This document shows positions 49,954 to 63,205 of a stretch of 64,000 bases of DNA, piece after piece. The notes under the pieces are model-generated. The model worked only from the letters and a program-made list of their open reading frames with translations, was not told the origin of the DNA and did not search any database. The stretch is from an uncultured candidate division Zixibacteria bacterium. Lineage in GTDB: Bacteria > Zixibacteria > MSB-5A5 > GN15 > FEB-12. Every line of letters begins with the position of its first letter. Within the stretch, counting starts at the first letter, position 1. A program made the translations under genes and the position numbers. The stretch spans positions 736,001 to 800,000 of the forward strand of contig CAVTJJ010000004.1 in assembly GCA_963735035.1 (NCBI GenBank), given 5' to 3'.

Positions 49954-50922
49954 ATGATTAGACCAAGACAGTTCATCGTCCTGCTCTTAGTTCTCTTATC
50001 CGGACTGTTTATCAGTGCAGGGAGTACCCAGGCGGCCAAATATGCCGGTGAGTCGTTCACGCTTGGGGTTGGCGGACGGGGATTGGCGCTCGGCGGAGCA
50101 GTCGTAGCTGGTCCGTTCGATGCCACCTCGGCGTACTGGAATCCAGCCGGCATGAGTCTCTTGAATTCGCGGTACTTCACTGCGATGCACGCCGAGACTT
50201 TCGGCTCGCTTCTCAATCATGATTTTCTCGGATATGTCGATGCTCGTCGGGTCGGCAGCGGCCGGAAGGGATTGTTCGACGCCTTTGGTTTCTACATATA
50301 CTATCTGGGTGGGGGCGGGATCAAGATCACTGATCTCGATCAGGACAGCCGTCCCTATGTGGTCCGCGAGGAATCCCACGGCGACTGGCTCTTTGCGGCG
50401 GCGGTGTCGCGCACGATTTTCGACAAAGTCAAGATCGGTGTCACGGGCAAAATCATCTACCGTAATTTGGGAGTTGAATCGGGTTGGGGCCTGAGCGCCG
50501 ACGCCGGTCTGGTCTGGCAACCTCGCGAGTTCGCCAGTTTCGGTCTGACCGTGACCGACATCACGACCGGATTCATTAAGTACGCCGGTTCCACCGAGTC
50601 GATCTATCCGACTGTCAAGCCGGGATTGACGCTGATGCATCAGTACGGCGACTTCACCGGACGATTGATGGGCTCGGGGGATATCAAGTTTGAGAACATC
50701 AAGACGGCGGCACAGTACTGGAGCGGACCGATTTCACTCGACACGCATTTCGGCGGTGAGTTGGGGTGGAAGGACATGTTGTTTGGTCGGGTCGGGTTTG
50801 ATATCGGACGCTTCACGACTGGTGTTGGTGTAGTCTGGCGGAAGATATCATTCGATTTCGCTTATCTGAACAGCGATGTCTTTGACCAGACGTTGCGTTT
50901 CAGCGCCGGGTATCAGTTCTAA
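49954..50922 (+). CDS. PorV/PorQ-like outer-membrane beta-barrel
   Basis: GVGGRGLALGGA, SAYWNPAG, terminal YQF. Confidence 0.75.
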   Translation: MIRPRQFIVLLLVLLSGLFISAGSTQAAKYAGESFTLGVGGRGLALGGAVVAGPFDATSAYWNPAGMSLLNSRYFTAMHAETFGSLLNHDFLGYVDARRVGSGRKGLFDAFGFYIYYLGGGGIKITDLDQDSRPYVVREESHGDWLFAAAVSRTIFDKVKIGVTGKIIYRNLGVESGWGLSADAGLVWQPREFASFGLTVTDITTGFIKYAGSTESIYPTVKPGLTLMHQYGDFTGRLMGSGDIKFENIKTAAQYWSGPISLDTHFGGELGWKDMLFGRVGFDIGRFTTGVGVVWRKISFDFAYLNSDVFDQTLRFSAGYQF

Positions 50923-50946
50923 CATCATGACATCGTAGATGGGGAT

Positions 50947-51023
50947 GGTACCCCACAGCTTGCTGTGGGGAGGATGGCAAATAAGGGGCGGCTTGTAGGG
51001 CGGGTCCGCTTCGAACCCGCCAA
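50947..51023. repeat. REP-like cluster left of the HNH gene
   Basis: ggtaccccacagcttgctgtggg and GTAG-footed tgtagggcgggtccgcttcgaacccgccaa. Confidence 0.8.
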
Positions 51024-51291
51024 TGCGTGGTGTTGGGCGTCTCTACCTGACAGCCATATCGTGATTGACACCGACTAATCGCGAAGATCATGTTCCATTA
51101 TGCAATACGAATGGGTGTGGCGATATCGCAACACGAGTGAATCGACACGCAAGCATTGAGCTACTATATCGGGCAGAACGAAAGTGAGGGGAATCAGTCT
51201 TTACTGACACAATTTCATTTCTGTTTTGACTTGCTTATGAATCTGGCAATAGCGTGACTTGTGTGAATATTAGCCGAGGCTATTACAAGCA

Positions 51292-52080
51292 ATGGAGTTA
51301 ATTGTGGATGAATCGCGCCGCCGATGGAGTCGCGAGGAGCTAATTGTTGCTTTCAATTTCTACTGCCGTACTCCATTCGGTAAACTACATAGCACAAATC
51401 CCGCTATTATTGCTATTGCCCGGACGCTAAATCGAACACCGAGCGCGGTTGCGATGAAACTCGTGAACTTTGCTAGTCTTGATCCAATGCACCAGGAGCG
51501 TCAAGTCAGAGGGTTGCAGAATGCTAGCAAGGTTGATCGTGCTATTTGGGAAGAATTTCACTCAGACTGGGAGCGGCTGACCTTCGAGAGTGAAGAAGCA
51601 TTGGGACGGTTGGGCACGCACGATGTTGCGTCCGCAGACTTGCCGTCGTTTACCGCGAGTCCGTCGTTAGAGACTGAAAGGATCGGTGAAACTCGTGTCC
51701 GCCTTGTGCAATCCTTCTTCCGTGCGGCGGTACTTGCATCGTACAAATGCACATGTGCGGTTTGCCGTCTGGATATTGAGGAAGTTCTCATAGCAAGCCA
51801 CATCATACCTTGGGCTGCCGACACCAAGCGAAGGGCTGATCCCACGAACGGCATTTCGCTTTGTGCGTTGCATGATCGGGCGTTTGACAGGGGTCTGTTC
51901 ACAATAGATGACTCTTTCAAGATACGCATAGCGAGTCGTGTAAAGAAACAGACGGCATCAAAAGTCCAGGCACTCGCATTGGTCGAAATTGATGGAGAGT
52001 TCATCGACTTGCCGGAAAGGTTTGCCCCTGACAAGGAAGCGCTTGCTTTTCACCGGTCAAACATCTTTCGGAGTGAGTAA
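51292..52080 (+). CDS. HNH endonuclease, putative restriction enzyme
   Basis: RTPSAVAMKLVNF N-domain; QSFFR, CAVC, ASHIIPW, NGISLCALHDRAFDRG. Confidence 0.9.
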   Translation: MELIVDESRRRWSREELIVAFNFYCRTPFGKLHSTNPAIIAIARTLNRTPSAVAMKLVNFASLDPMHQERQVRGLQNASKVDRAIWEEFHSDWERLTFESEEALGRLGTHDVASADLPSFTASPSLETERIGETRVRLVQSFFRAAVLASYKCTCAVCRLDIEEVLIASHIIPWAADTKRRADPTNGISLCALHDRAFDRGLFTIDDSFKIRIASRVKKQTASKVQALALVEIDGEFIDLPERFAPDKEALAFHRSNIFRSE

Positions 52081-52150
52081 ATTACCAGCCCGGTTGCCCC
52101 ACGCGTCTGGGGATGATGATCACAAAGGGCTTATTGGAAAACATGACCAA

Positions 52151-52314
52151 CCCACAGCAAGCTGTGGGGTACCCAGATTCTCTTGGCAGGTTCGAAGACG
52201 GACCTGCCCTACAGTACGGCTCAATCGCTCAATCCCCACCATAAATGGTGGGCCACCCCACCCGCAAGCGGATGGGCCACCCTGCAGGGGCAGACCAGGA
52301 GGTCTGCCGCCCAC
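52151..52314. repeat. REP-like cluster right of the HNH gene
   Basis: Reverse complements of both left elements (52151-52173, 52183-52213), ggtgggccacc repeats, and a half copy of the 9299-9360 palindrome (52287-52314). Confidence 0.8.
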
Positions 52315-52325
52315 AATATCCAACG

Positions 52326-53009
52326 TTATTTCGTCTTGGCCGCCGTCGTGTCGGCTCCAACTATATCTCTAATCGAGACACCGTCGGCGAGACGTTTCGC
52401 CGAGGCAGTTGCGGTCGGAAGATGCGCCGAGACTACGAACATCCCGCGAAGATCACCTACTTTGTAGCCCATCGCTTTGTCGTACGGGTACTCGATCTTG
52501 ATCTGTTTCCAGAGGTCCGGGTCGGAGGCCTCAATATCGCCGTGGCACTGAAGGCACATTTCTTTCACGGTAATCTTCTGATAGTAGCTGAACACCCGCG
52601 CCGAGTCCGGGCCCGACCAGCGGGTCTGAGACTCCGCCGGGCTCGCCGGGTCAGCGAATTTGGCCAGGATTGCCCGATCGGTGCTGTCGGGGCGGTCGGC
52701 TATGTTGCGCCATTTTTCACTCACCCGTTTGACCGTCCAGCCCGCTCCCGAATTGGTAGCGGCCATCTTCTGGGCCTTGACTTGACAAACGCCAAGTGCG
52801 TAAGCCGGGCCGTTCTCGTCCATCGCGGCCTGCAGGGTGGACATCAGCTCCCCACCAAACTGGCCGGTAAGGTTGCGGGCGGCGGCGGTGAATAGGCTAT
52901 CGTCGGCCGAGACGGCTTGCTTCGGTGCCTGTTTCGGCGAACCGGCCTCTTGAGAGCCACAATTGATTGCCATCACGGACAAGAAAAGTAGAAGAATCAG
53001 TGTTTTCAT
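52326..53009 (-). CDS. DUF3365/Tll0287-like monoheme cytochrome c lipoprotein
   Basis: AINC lipobox; ALGVC, RVSEKWRN, CLQCHG, GYKVGDLRG. Confidence 0.85.
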   Translation of the reverse strand: MKTLILLLFLSVMAINCGSQEAGSPKQAPKQAVSADDSLFTAAARNLTGQFGGELMSTLQAAMDENGPAYALGVCQVKAQKMAATNSGAGWTVKRVSEKWRNIADRPDSTDRAILAKFADPASPAESQTRWSGPDSARVFSYYQKITVKEMCLQCHGDIEASDPDLWKQIKIEYPYDKAMGYKVGDLRGMFVVSAHLPTATASAKRLADGVSIRDIVGADTTAAKTK

Positions 53010-53183
53010 ATTCGTCTCCGAGTTTTGAACATATCTATATTGGGTTGAGGCTCTCCGGGCAAGTTCAAACCGCAATTTGCGCTTGCCGAAGCCCCTTTGT
53101 GAAAGTAGGCACTTAATTAGAGTTGACAAGCTAGGCTCTGCCGATATATTTGCGCGTTCGGCAGACGCCCCATAGGGTTAGTT

Positions 53184-53441
53184 ATGCCCCAAAAGAGTTC
53201 GACGCCACCCAAAAAGGCCGGCCGGTATGGTTCTGCCTCTTTATATATGGCCGTTCCGACACTCCTGGCGGCGTCGATCCTGGTAGGGTTTTTTCTGGGA
53301 CGCTGGGCCGACAAGAAGTTCGGCACCGAGCCATACTTGATGATTGTAGGTTTGGTTCTGGGCATGGCCGCGGCCGGACGGGAAATGTACCGCCTTATAA
53401 AAAAGGCGGAGGCACTAGACAAAGAAGAGAACGACGACTAA
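53184..53441 (+). CDS. AtpZ/AtpI-family ATP synthase accessory protein
   Basis: GFFLGRWADKKFGTEP; first gene of the atp operon; TTGACA-N16-TATATT at 53123. Confidence 0.85.
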   Translation: MPQKSSTPPKKAGRYGSASLYMAVPTLLAASILVGFFLGRWADKKFGTEPYLMIVGLVLGMAAAGREMYRLIKKAEALDKEENDD

Positions 53442-53846
53442 GTGGGACTAGAATTCATAGATCGCACACTTCGAACCACGGGCATAGTCCTGCTTATATT
53501 CCTCCCGTTCGGAGTCTACTATTTTGGCGTCTATCCGGCGCTGGCGATTTTCTCCGGTGGCGTCTGGGGGATGGTCAACCTGATATTCACCTCAGCCCTG
53601 ATTCGTGCAACCATCAAGCCAGGCAAGGTCGACAAGATAAAGATCGCGGGCATTGCCGTTTTCAAATTCCCGCTGCTCTATCTGTCCGGATACGCGCTGG
53701 CCAAAGTGCCACAATTCCAACCACTACACCTGCTCTACGGCTTCTCAAGTATACTGGCGATTATTATCCTCAAGGCGATCGGAATGGCTATGTGGAAAGC
53801 CGGTGACGAAACGGAATCGGCCAAGAAAGCCCAGGGAGTGGCATGA
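53442..53846 (+). CDS. atpI: ATP synthase protein I
   Basis: 4-TM protein directly before atpB. Confidence 0.75.
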   Translation: MGLEFIDRTLRTTGIVLLIFLPFGVYYFGVYPALAIFSGGVWGMVNLIFTSALIRATIKPGKVDKIKIAGIAVFKFPLLYLSGYALAKVPQFQPLHLLYGFSSILAIIILKAIGMAMWKAGDETESAKKAQGVA

Positions 53847-54706
53847 CGCTCTTCATTCTTCAGAAACTGTTTCTGATTGCGCCATCCTGGGTCGGATCGT
53901 TTTTGCTGGTCGCCACCGAAACCGTCGAGCACGGTGATACGGCCGCTCATGCCGCCGCCGCCGAACATAGTGGACCGCCGAAACTCCCCAGTCTGGTTGA
54001 GCTGCTCTTCGGACGAGAAAGTGTCGCCGAGCACTGGGTGAACGTGATCTATGCTTTCGCGGTCGGCACCATTCTTTCTCTAATCGCGTTGAGAGTCTAC
54101 GCCAAGCGGCAGATGATCCCCGGCAAGTTTCAGAACGCGGTTGAGATGTGCGTCGAGGGAATGTACAATTTCATCGAGTCGATTCTCGGCAAGGATGCCA
54201 AGAAGTATGTGCCGTATCTCGGTTCATTGTTCTTCTATATTTTGCTGATGAACTGGATCGGCATGATTCCGTTGGGACATTCGCCGTCAACTAGTCTGAA
54301 CATTACGGCCTCACTGGCTCTTCTGACTTTCCTTTATGTCCAATGGACGGGTATCTCGAGACTGGGGTTGGGTGGGTATTTGCATCATCTGGCGGGTAGC
54401 CCGCAAGATGTGATAGGCTGGTGTATGGTGCCGCTGTTGTTCCCGCTTCACATAATCGGAGAGCTGGCCAAACCGTTCTCACTGGCGCTTCGTCTTTTTG
54501 GAAACATCACCGGTGAAGATACGCTCGTGGCTGTGTTTGTCGGGTTGGGTATAGCCCTGCTGGCTTTCTCGCCCGTAGGTGTACCGCTGCAACTGCCGTT
54601 CTATTTTCTGGGATTGTTGCTGTCGACTATCCAGGCGCTCGTGTTCACCCTGTTGTCGACCATTTACATATTGCTGATGTTGCCGCATGAGGAACATGCG
54701 CATTAG
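53843..54706 (+). CDS. atpB: ATP synthase subunit a
   Basis: PGKFQN, SLALRLFGNI, IQALVFTLL. Confidence 0.95.
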   Translation: MTLFILQKLFLIAPSWVGSFLLVATETVEHGDTAAHAAAAEHSGPPKLPSLVELLFGRESVAEHWVNVIYAFAVGTILSLIALRVYAKRQMIPGKFQNAVEMCVEGMYNFIESILGKDAKKYVPYLGSLFFYILLMNWIGMIPLGHSPSTSLNITASLALLTFLYVQWTGISRLGLGGYLHHLAGSPQDVIGWCMVPLLFPLHIIGELAKPFSLALRLFGNITGEDTLVAVFVGLGIALLAFSPVGVPLQLPFYFLGLLLSTIQALVFTLLSTIYILLMLPHEEHAH

Positions 54707-54757
54707 ATATAGAGATAACGAAGTGAATAATATAGAGTAAGACTTCCTAAGGAGGAT

Positions 54758-54997
54758 GTGATGGATTATCAAGCAATGTTGGGACTGTCGGCTCCGCTCG
54801 CCGTTGGGCTCGCGGCTATCGGCTCAGGTCTCGGTATCGGCAAAGCGGTTGGTTCGGCGATGGAAGCTATTGGTCGTCAGCCCGAAGCGGCCGGCAAGAT
54901 TCAGACCGCTATGATTATCGGCGCGGCCTTTATCGAGGCGCTGACCATCTACGTGTTTATCGTTTACATTCTGGCGAGCGGCAAGATCGGCGGCTGA
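54758..54997 (+). CDS. atpE: ATP synthase subunit c (H+-type signature)
   Basis: [19 protein letters not shown]. Confidence 0.95.
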   Translation: MMDYQAMLGLSAPLAVGLAAIGSGLGIGKAVGSAMEAIGRQPEAAGKIQTAMIIGAAFIEALTIYVFIVYILASGKIGG

Positions 54998-55055
54998 TGG
55001 CGGGACGCGGTTGAAACCGTGCCCTCTCAACGCTGACCCCTAAACAGGTAGTGCT

Positions 55056-55547
55056 ATGAATTTTGAAATACAGCAAATCCTCACGCATGCGCTGGGGTTC
55101 CTGATTTTCGTCTGGATCCTCAGGCGCTTCGCCTGGGGACCGCTGCTCGCCCTGATGGAAGAACGCCGCAACAAAATCGCCGGTGAGTTCCAGGAGATCG
55201 ATCGTCAGAAGGCCGAAGTCGCCAAAGTGACTTCCGAGTATGAGGCCAAGCTGAAAGAGATCGACAACGAACGCCGGGCGAAAATTGTCGAGGCGGTCAA
55301 GGAAGGGAAAGAAGTGGCGGCGGAGATCAAGAGCCACGCCATGGACGAAGCGCGCGCGCTTCAAGAGAAGGCGAAAGCCGACCTCCAGCGCGATGTCGCC
55401 CAGGCCAAGGTGCAGCTCCGCGATGAAATGATCTCCATGACCATGACGGCGGCCGAGAAAGTCGTCCGCGAGAAGATGGACGATCCCAAACAGCGCGACC
55501 TGATCGGGCGCTATATTGACGAACTCGGGAAGGCCGAGGCCAGATGA
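55056..55547 (+). CDS. atpF: ATP synthase subunit b
   Basis: N-terminal TM, FAWGPL..EERR, coiled coil. Confidence 0.93.
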   Translation: MNFEIQQILTHALGFLIFVWILRRFAWGPLLALMEERRNKIAGEFQEIDRQKAEVAKVTSEYEAKLKEIDNERRAKIVEAVKEGKEVAAEIKSHAMDEARALQEKAKADLQRDVAQAKVQLRDEMISMTMTAAEKVVREKMDDPKQRDLIGRYIDELGKAEAR

Positions 55548-56092
55548 TTTCCCAGCAAGTCGCCAAGAGATATGCGACGGCACTCTTTTTGTCGGTCGGG
55601 CATCGCGGCCTGATCGATGAAGCTTATGTCCAGTTCGGCGAACTTCAGGCGACACTCAAGCATGACGCATCGCTGATAAAATTCCTCGGTTCGCCGCGAA
55701 TTGAGGAGGAGCAGAAGCTGCAGTTGCTTCAGACGGTATTCGGCGCGCGCATGAACCGGCTCCTGCTCGAATTCCTGGGCGTGCTGGTGCGCAAACGTCG
55801 GGCGATGTACCTGGTCAACGTGATAGAAGAGTTCGGCCACCTGGTGGAAGTTTACCAGGGAGTGGCCCGCGTCACCGTCACGGCGGCGGTGTCGCTATCG
55901 GGTGACGAAGAGAAGCGGTTGATGACTACACTTACCGCGAAGACCGGCAAGAAAATCCAACTGGATAAGAAGATCGATCCAAGCCTGATCGGCGGTATGA
56001 TTGTGAAGATCGACGATGAAATCATCGACGGTTCCGTACAACACGGTCTGAATCAGCTGGAAGAACAGCTTAACCACATCAAAGTCTATTAA
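55544..56092 (+). CDS. atpH: ATP synthase subunit delta
   Basis: AKRYATALF, DPSLIGG, IDGSV. Confidence 0.93.
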   Translation: MISQQVAKRYATALFLSVGHRGLIDEAYVQFGELQATLKHDASLIKFLGSPRIEEEQKLQLLQTVFGARMNRLLLEFLGVLVRKRRAMYLVNVIEEFGHLVEVYQGVARVTVTAAVSLSGDEEKRLMTTLTAKTGKKIQLDKKIDPSLIGGMIVKIDDEIIDGSVQHGLNQLEEQLNHIKVY

Positions 56093-56145
56093 GCGATGAC
56101 TTTGAGACAGCAAGACGTGATTAGAAGTCACACAGGAGTTGAGTA

Positions 56146-57654
<1,509 letters not shown>

Positions 57655-57683
57655 CGATCTTTGCTCTTTGTAGAAGAATAGTA

Positions 57684-58403
57684 ATGAGACTCCTGATCGT
57701 ATTCAGTTTCGTAACGCTGTTGCTGGCACCAACGGTGTCGGCCCAATCGCCGGTCGAATTCGGCGTGAAGGCCGGTGTTGCGCTGGCCAACCTCAGCGGC
57801 CAGGGCTGGAACGATCTTGCGTTTTGGCAGGGCATGCCCTACGCTCACAGTCTCAGGCCGAGTATCTGCCTGGGTGCGTTCTTTGAGTTTCCGCTCGGAA
57901 TGAATAATGTGAGTTTGCAGCCCGAAATTCTCTACGTCCGAAAGGGCGCCAACGGCACCGTTACCACGGACAATAACATTCTCAATATGAGAATCAAGAA
58001 TGACTATATCGAAGTGCCGGTTCTGATCAAGTATCAGATCATTCGGCGTGGCGGCAGAGTACATACTGTGTTTGCAGGTCCGGTCGGCGCTTACAACATA
58101 AGATCTAGAATTGAATACGATGACGTCCCGCCGGAATTGGGTGATGCTCTAAGCAGCGGCAGTATCGAAAACGTTCATGGTCTTGATCTTGGATTGACAT
58201 TCGGAGGGGGCATCGGCCTCGCTGCCGGGACCGACAACCGCATCACGTTCGATGTGCGCTACACAATGGGGTTGAACCATGTGTACGAGAACGTAGATGC
58301 AGCTACGATTGACGATACGAAGCAGTATATGGCCGGTGACGATGGCTCGGCGATGCGGTTCAAGAATTACGACATCAGATTGATGGCGGGATATCAGTTT
58401 TGA
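57684..58403 (+). CDS. PorT/OmpA-like outer-membrane beta-barrel protein
   Basis: Signal peptide; FGVKAG, LQPEILY..KG, YIEVPVL, DVRY..G, terminal YQF. Confidence 0.8.
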   Translation: MRLLIVFSFVTLLLAPTVSAQSPVEFGVKAGVALANLSGQGWNDLAFWQGMPYAHSLRPSICLGAFFEFPLGMNNVSLQPEILYVRKGANGTVTTDNNILNMRIKNDYIEVPVLIKYQIIRRGGRVHTVFAGPVGAYNIRSRIEYDDVPPELGDALSSGSIENVHGLDLGLTFGGGIGLAAGTDNRITFDVRYTMGLNHVYENVDAATIDDTKQYMAGDDGSAMRFKNYDIRLMAGYQF

Positions 58404-58435
58404 CAGTTGTTTGCAAACGGGCATGACAGGTAACG

Positions 58436-59299
58436 ATGGCGACACTGCGTGAAGTAAAAAAGAGAATACGGACGGTAATCTCGACCCGTCGCATCACCAA
58501 AGCGATGGAGATGGTTGCGGCGGCCAAGTTGCGCCGGGCGCAGCAGCGGGTCGAACAAGCCAAGCCGTATGCGGCCAAGCTCGACGAAATGCTCAGCCAT
58601 CTGGCGGCCGGATCATCGACCGAGATCGCTCACCCGTATTTCGAGGAACGACCGGTAAAGAACCGCACTTTGGTGGTTGTGGTCTCCGATCGCGGTCTGT
58701 GCGGATCGTTCAATTCCAACGTCCTGCGCCTGACCGACAAATGGATCCGCGAACATCAGGATACGGGGCTTGAGCTGGTGCTGGTCGGCAAGCGGGGGCG
58801 CGATTACTACAAACGACGCAAAGGCAATATTGTCCAATACTACGGCGACTGGGGCGGTGTAATTGATTACGCTCGCGGCCGCGAAATAGCTTCGTGGCTG
58901 ACCAACCGATTTGTCACCGGCCAGACCGATGAAATCAACATCGCTTACTCCCGGTTCATCTCGATGGTGAAATATCGCATCGGGGTAGAGAAATATCTCC
59001 CGGTGCCGAGGCCGGAACATGGCGGCGAAGAAGCCGCCAGTGCGTACATCTTCGAACCGAACTCGGAACGCATCTACGCCCAATTGATGCCCAGCTATGC
59101 CAACACCAAGCTTATCACGGCGTTGCTGGATTCGTTCGCGTCGGAACACGGCAGCCGGATGATGGCTATGGGCAACGCCAACAAGAACGCCGGCGAGATG
59201 GTGAACAATCTGACTTTGGAATTCAATAAGGCGCGTCAGGCGCAGATTACCAAGGAGCTGCTCGAAGTGGTGAGTGGCGCCGAGGCGCTCGCGGGCTGA
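58436..59299 (+). CDS. atpG: ATP synthase subunit gamma
   Basis: ITKAMEMVAAAKL, SDRGLCGSFN, ARQAQITKEL. Confidence 0.97.
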   Translation: MATLREVKKRIRTVISTRRITKAMEMVAAAKLRRAQQRVEQAKPYAAKLDEMLSHLAAGSSTEIAHPYFEERPVKNRTLVVVVSDRGLCGSFNSNVLRLTDKWIREHQDTGLELVLVGKRGRDYYKRRKGNIVQYYGDWGGVIDYARGREIASWLTNRFVTGQTDEINIAYSRFISMVKYRIGVEKYLPVPRPEHGGEEAASAYIFEPNSERIYAQLMPSYANTKLITALLDSFASEHGSRMMAMGNANKNAGEMVNNLTLEFNKARQAQITKELLEVVSGAEALAG

Positions 59300-59352
59300 T
59301 CTCCCGATCGGGCGATGTGATAATGTGAGTGCTCAGAAATACTGGAGTTTGA

Positions 59353-60762
<1,410 letters not shown>

Positions 60763-60767
60763 CGACG

Positions 60768-61178
60768 ATGTTCCGACTCAGCATAGTCACACCTGAGAAG
60801 GTCTATTTTGAGGCCGACGTCATTTCGCTGGTCGTTCCCGGTACGGAAGGGTATCTCGGTGTGTTGTCGAACCACGCCCCGCTGATTACGGCGCTGCAGC
60901 CGGGCAAGATCGAGTACCACGACGCCGAGGACAAAGTCCGATATCTCGCTGTCACGGGCGGTTTTCTTGAAGTCTCAGGCAATAAGGCGACTATTCTGGC
61001 CGATGCAGTTGAGGAGACTGGCGAGATTGATCTGGAGCGAGCCATCGCCGCCCGCGACCGGGCCTGGGAGTTACTCAAAGCGTCGGGAAGTGGGGATCAT
61101 TCCATAGACGTACCCCGCGCCCGGGCAGCTTTGGAGCGGGCCCAGAACCGGATCAGAATTCACAAGGAAACGCACTGA
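60768..61178 (+). CDS. atpC: ATP synthase subunit epsilon
   Basis: IVTPE, GYLGVLSNHAPL, GGFLEV. Confidence 0.95.
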   Translation: MFRLSIVTPEKVYFEADVISLVVPGTEGYLGVLSNHAPLITALQPGKIEYHDAEDKVRYLAVTGGFLEVSGNKATILADAVEETGEIDLERAIAARDRAWELLKASGSGDHSIDVPRARAALERAQNRIRIHKETH

Positions 61179-61340
61179 GGAATGGCCGGCAGGCCTCGAA
61201 AAAGTTGAGTCGGGACAAGATTAGTTTTCAGGCGGTCGAAATCTTTACCGGTTTTGACCGCTATCTTTTTGCGCCCGATGGAGTTGAGGGTAGGTTTTGT
61301 CCCTTGACTTTGGTGGGGGAATTCCTTACTATCCAAGGCT

Positions 61341-61856
61341 ATGATATTGGACCTGCGGGTGTTCGATGAGTACCCTGCGGAAGCCACGATATTTGCCGAT
61401 CCGACTGAACTTGGCCGCTTTGACGAATGTCTGTTGCAGATCAAGGCTGCATCAGTCGAGTTGGCGATTCAGAAATCCGCGGATGAGTACTATTGCCAGG
61501 GCCAGGTAAAGGTCCGGGCCGTGATGGAGTGTGCCCGCTGTCTGGGTGAATTCGAGACTGAGTTGTCGGGTGACATCAGTTTCGTGCTCTGTGCCGAACA
61601 GGATGCCAAGGCACACGGCGGGTCCGATGAGGAAGAGTACGTTTTTTTTGAGGGGAACGATCTCAGGGCCGACATTGTTGTCCCGGTGCGTCAGGCGCTG
61701 GTCTTGTCGATGCCCATGAAACCGCTTTGCTCAGAGGGCTGTCGCGGAATTTGTCCGACGTGCGGCGCCAATCTGAACGAGCGGACTTGTGACTGCAAAA
61801 TTGAAACACCTGATCCGAGGTGGGACAGCCTGAAGAAGCTGTTCCCGGATCAATAA
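61341..61856 (+). CDS. yceD: YceD/DUF177 family protein
   Basis: CARCL, PMKPLCSEGCRGIC..CG, DPRW..L; upstream of rpmF. Confidence 0.9.
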   Translation: MILDLRVFDEYPAEATIFADPTELGRFDECLLQIKAASVELAIQKSADEYYCQGQVKVRAVMECARCLGEFETELSGDISFVLCAEQDAKAHGGSDEEEYVFFEGNDLRADIVVPVRQALVLSMPMKPLCSEGCRGICPTCGANLNERTCDCKIETPDPRWDSLKKLFPDQ

Positions 61857-61877
61857 AGCTGAAACGAGGCAAGCAAG

Positions 61878-62066
61878 ATGCCACTACCAAAACGAAGACA
61901 TTCCCGAACCCGGGGACGCAAGCGCCGCACCAGTTGGAAGCTGTACGCCCCGAACGTCATCAAATGCGGAAACCCCGGCTGTGGCAAAGCCCGGTTACCA
62001 CACCACATCTGCCCGCACTGCGGATTTTACGACGGCCGGCAGGTGATTGAGGTGAAGGAAATCTAA
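61878..62066 (+). CDS. rpmF: 50S ribosomal protein L32 (Zn-binding type)
   Basis: PKRRHSRTR, C...GCG, PHHICPHCGFY. Confidence 0.95.
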   Translation: MPLPKRRHSRTRGRKRRTSWKLYAPNVIKCGNPGCGKARLPHHICPHCGFYDGRQVIEVKEI

Positions 62067-62107
62067 GGACAGACTTGACTCCGCCCGTGGGCGGAAATCA
62101 GGGAACG

Positions 62108-63205
62108 ATGACCGAAGACTTGCTACAGACGACAGTAGTCCTGGACGTCATGGGCGCCGACCATGGCCCCGAACCTATCATTCGGGGTGGACTGGTCGCG
62201 GCGCGTAATATTGGCGATTCGCTGCGTTTGATTCTGGTAGGCCAGAAGGAGCGAATCGAGGCGGTTCTTTCTCAGGTTAAAGATCGCCCGACCAACGTCA
62301 CGGTGGAACATGCGTCGGCCGAAGTATTGATGTCGATGTCGGCTACCGACGGTGTCAAGGTCAAGGACTCGTCGATCGCAGTCGGACTCAAGAAGGTTCG
62401 CGCGAAGGAAGCGGATGCTTTCGTATCGCCCGGCCACACCGGCGCAGTCATGGCCGGCTCGCTGCTTACGCTCGGTCGTATTCCGGGTGTCCACCGTCCC
62501 GCGCTCGTGGGCACTTTCCCTACCAGCACCGGTCGTCCCTGCGTCGTGCTCGATGTCGGCGCCAATGTCGACTGCAAGCCGCAGCATCTCTCACAGTTCG
62601 CCGTCATGGGATCGGTCTATGCCCGCATTGTGTTCAACGCGGAAAATCCGAAAGTCGGCCTGATATCGATCGGAGAGGAACGCAGCAAAGGGAACGCGGT
62701 TATCTTTGCGGCCGATAAAGTTCTTCGCGAGTCGAATATCAATTTTGTCGGCAATGTCGAAGGTCGTGACATTCTATCGGGCGTGGTGGATGTCGGCGTG
62801 ACCGACGGTTTCACCGGCAATATATTGCTCAAGTTCGGCGAATCGGTTCTACCGTTCCTCGTCAAGGCGGTGAACCATCAAGTCTCGACCAACGTCTTCT
62901 CCCGCGTGGGAGTCACTCTATTGCTTCCGTTCCTGCGCCGCATCAAGCGGGCGTTTGATTACGCCCAGGTAGGGGGAGCGCCGCTGCTCGGCGTCAATGG
63001 AGTTGTTATCATCTGCCACGGAGCTTCGAGCGCCGAGGCCATTACGAATGCTGTTCGGGTCGCTCACGACATGGCGCAGAAGCACATCAACGAGTGTATC
63101 CAACGCGATTTGACTACTAATCACTTCGGAAATAAGAATGAGCCACCAGTTGAGAGCCAGGATCTCCGGGACGGGGTCATATGCCCCGCCGGGAGTGATG
63201 ACTAA
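62108..63205 (+). CDS. plsX: Phosphate acyltransferase PlsX
   Basis: LDVMGAD, LDVGAN, GNVEGRD, DGFTGN, GAPLLGV. Confidence 0.95.
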   Translation: MTEDLLQTTVVLDVMGADHGPEPIIRGGLVAARNIGDSLRLILVGQKERIEAVLSQVKDRPTNVTVEHASAEVLMSMSATDGVKVKDSSIAVGLKKVRAKEADAFVSPGHTGAVMAGSLLTLGRIPGVHRPALVGTFPTSTGRPCVVLDVGANVDCKPQHLSQFAVMGSVYARIVFNAENPKVGLISIGEERSKGNAVIFAADKVLRESNINFVGNVEGRDILSGVVDVGVTDGFTGNILLKFGESVLPFLVKAVNHQVSTNVFSRVGVTLLLPFLRRIKRAFDYAQVGGAPLLGVNGVVIICHGASSAEAITNAVRVAHDMAQKHINECIQRDLTTNHFGNKNEPPVESQDLRDGVICPAGSDD

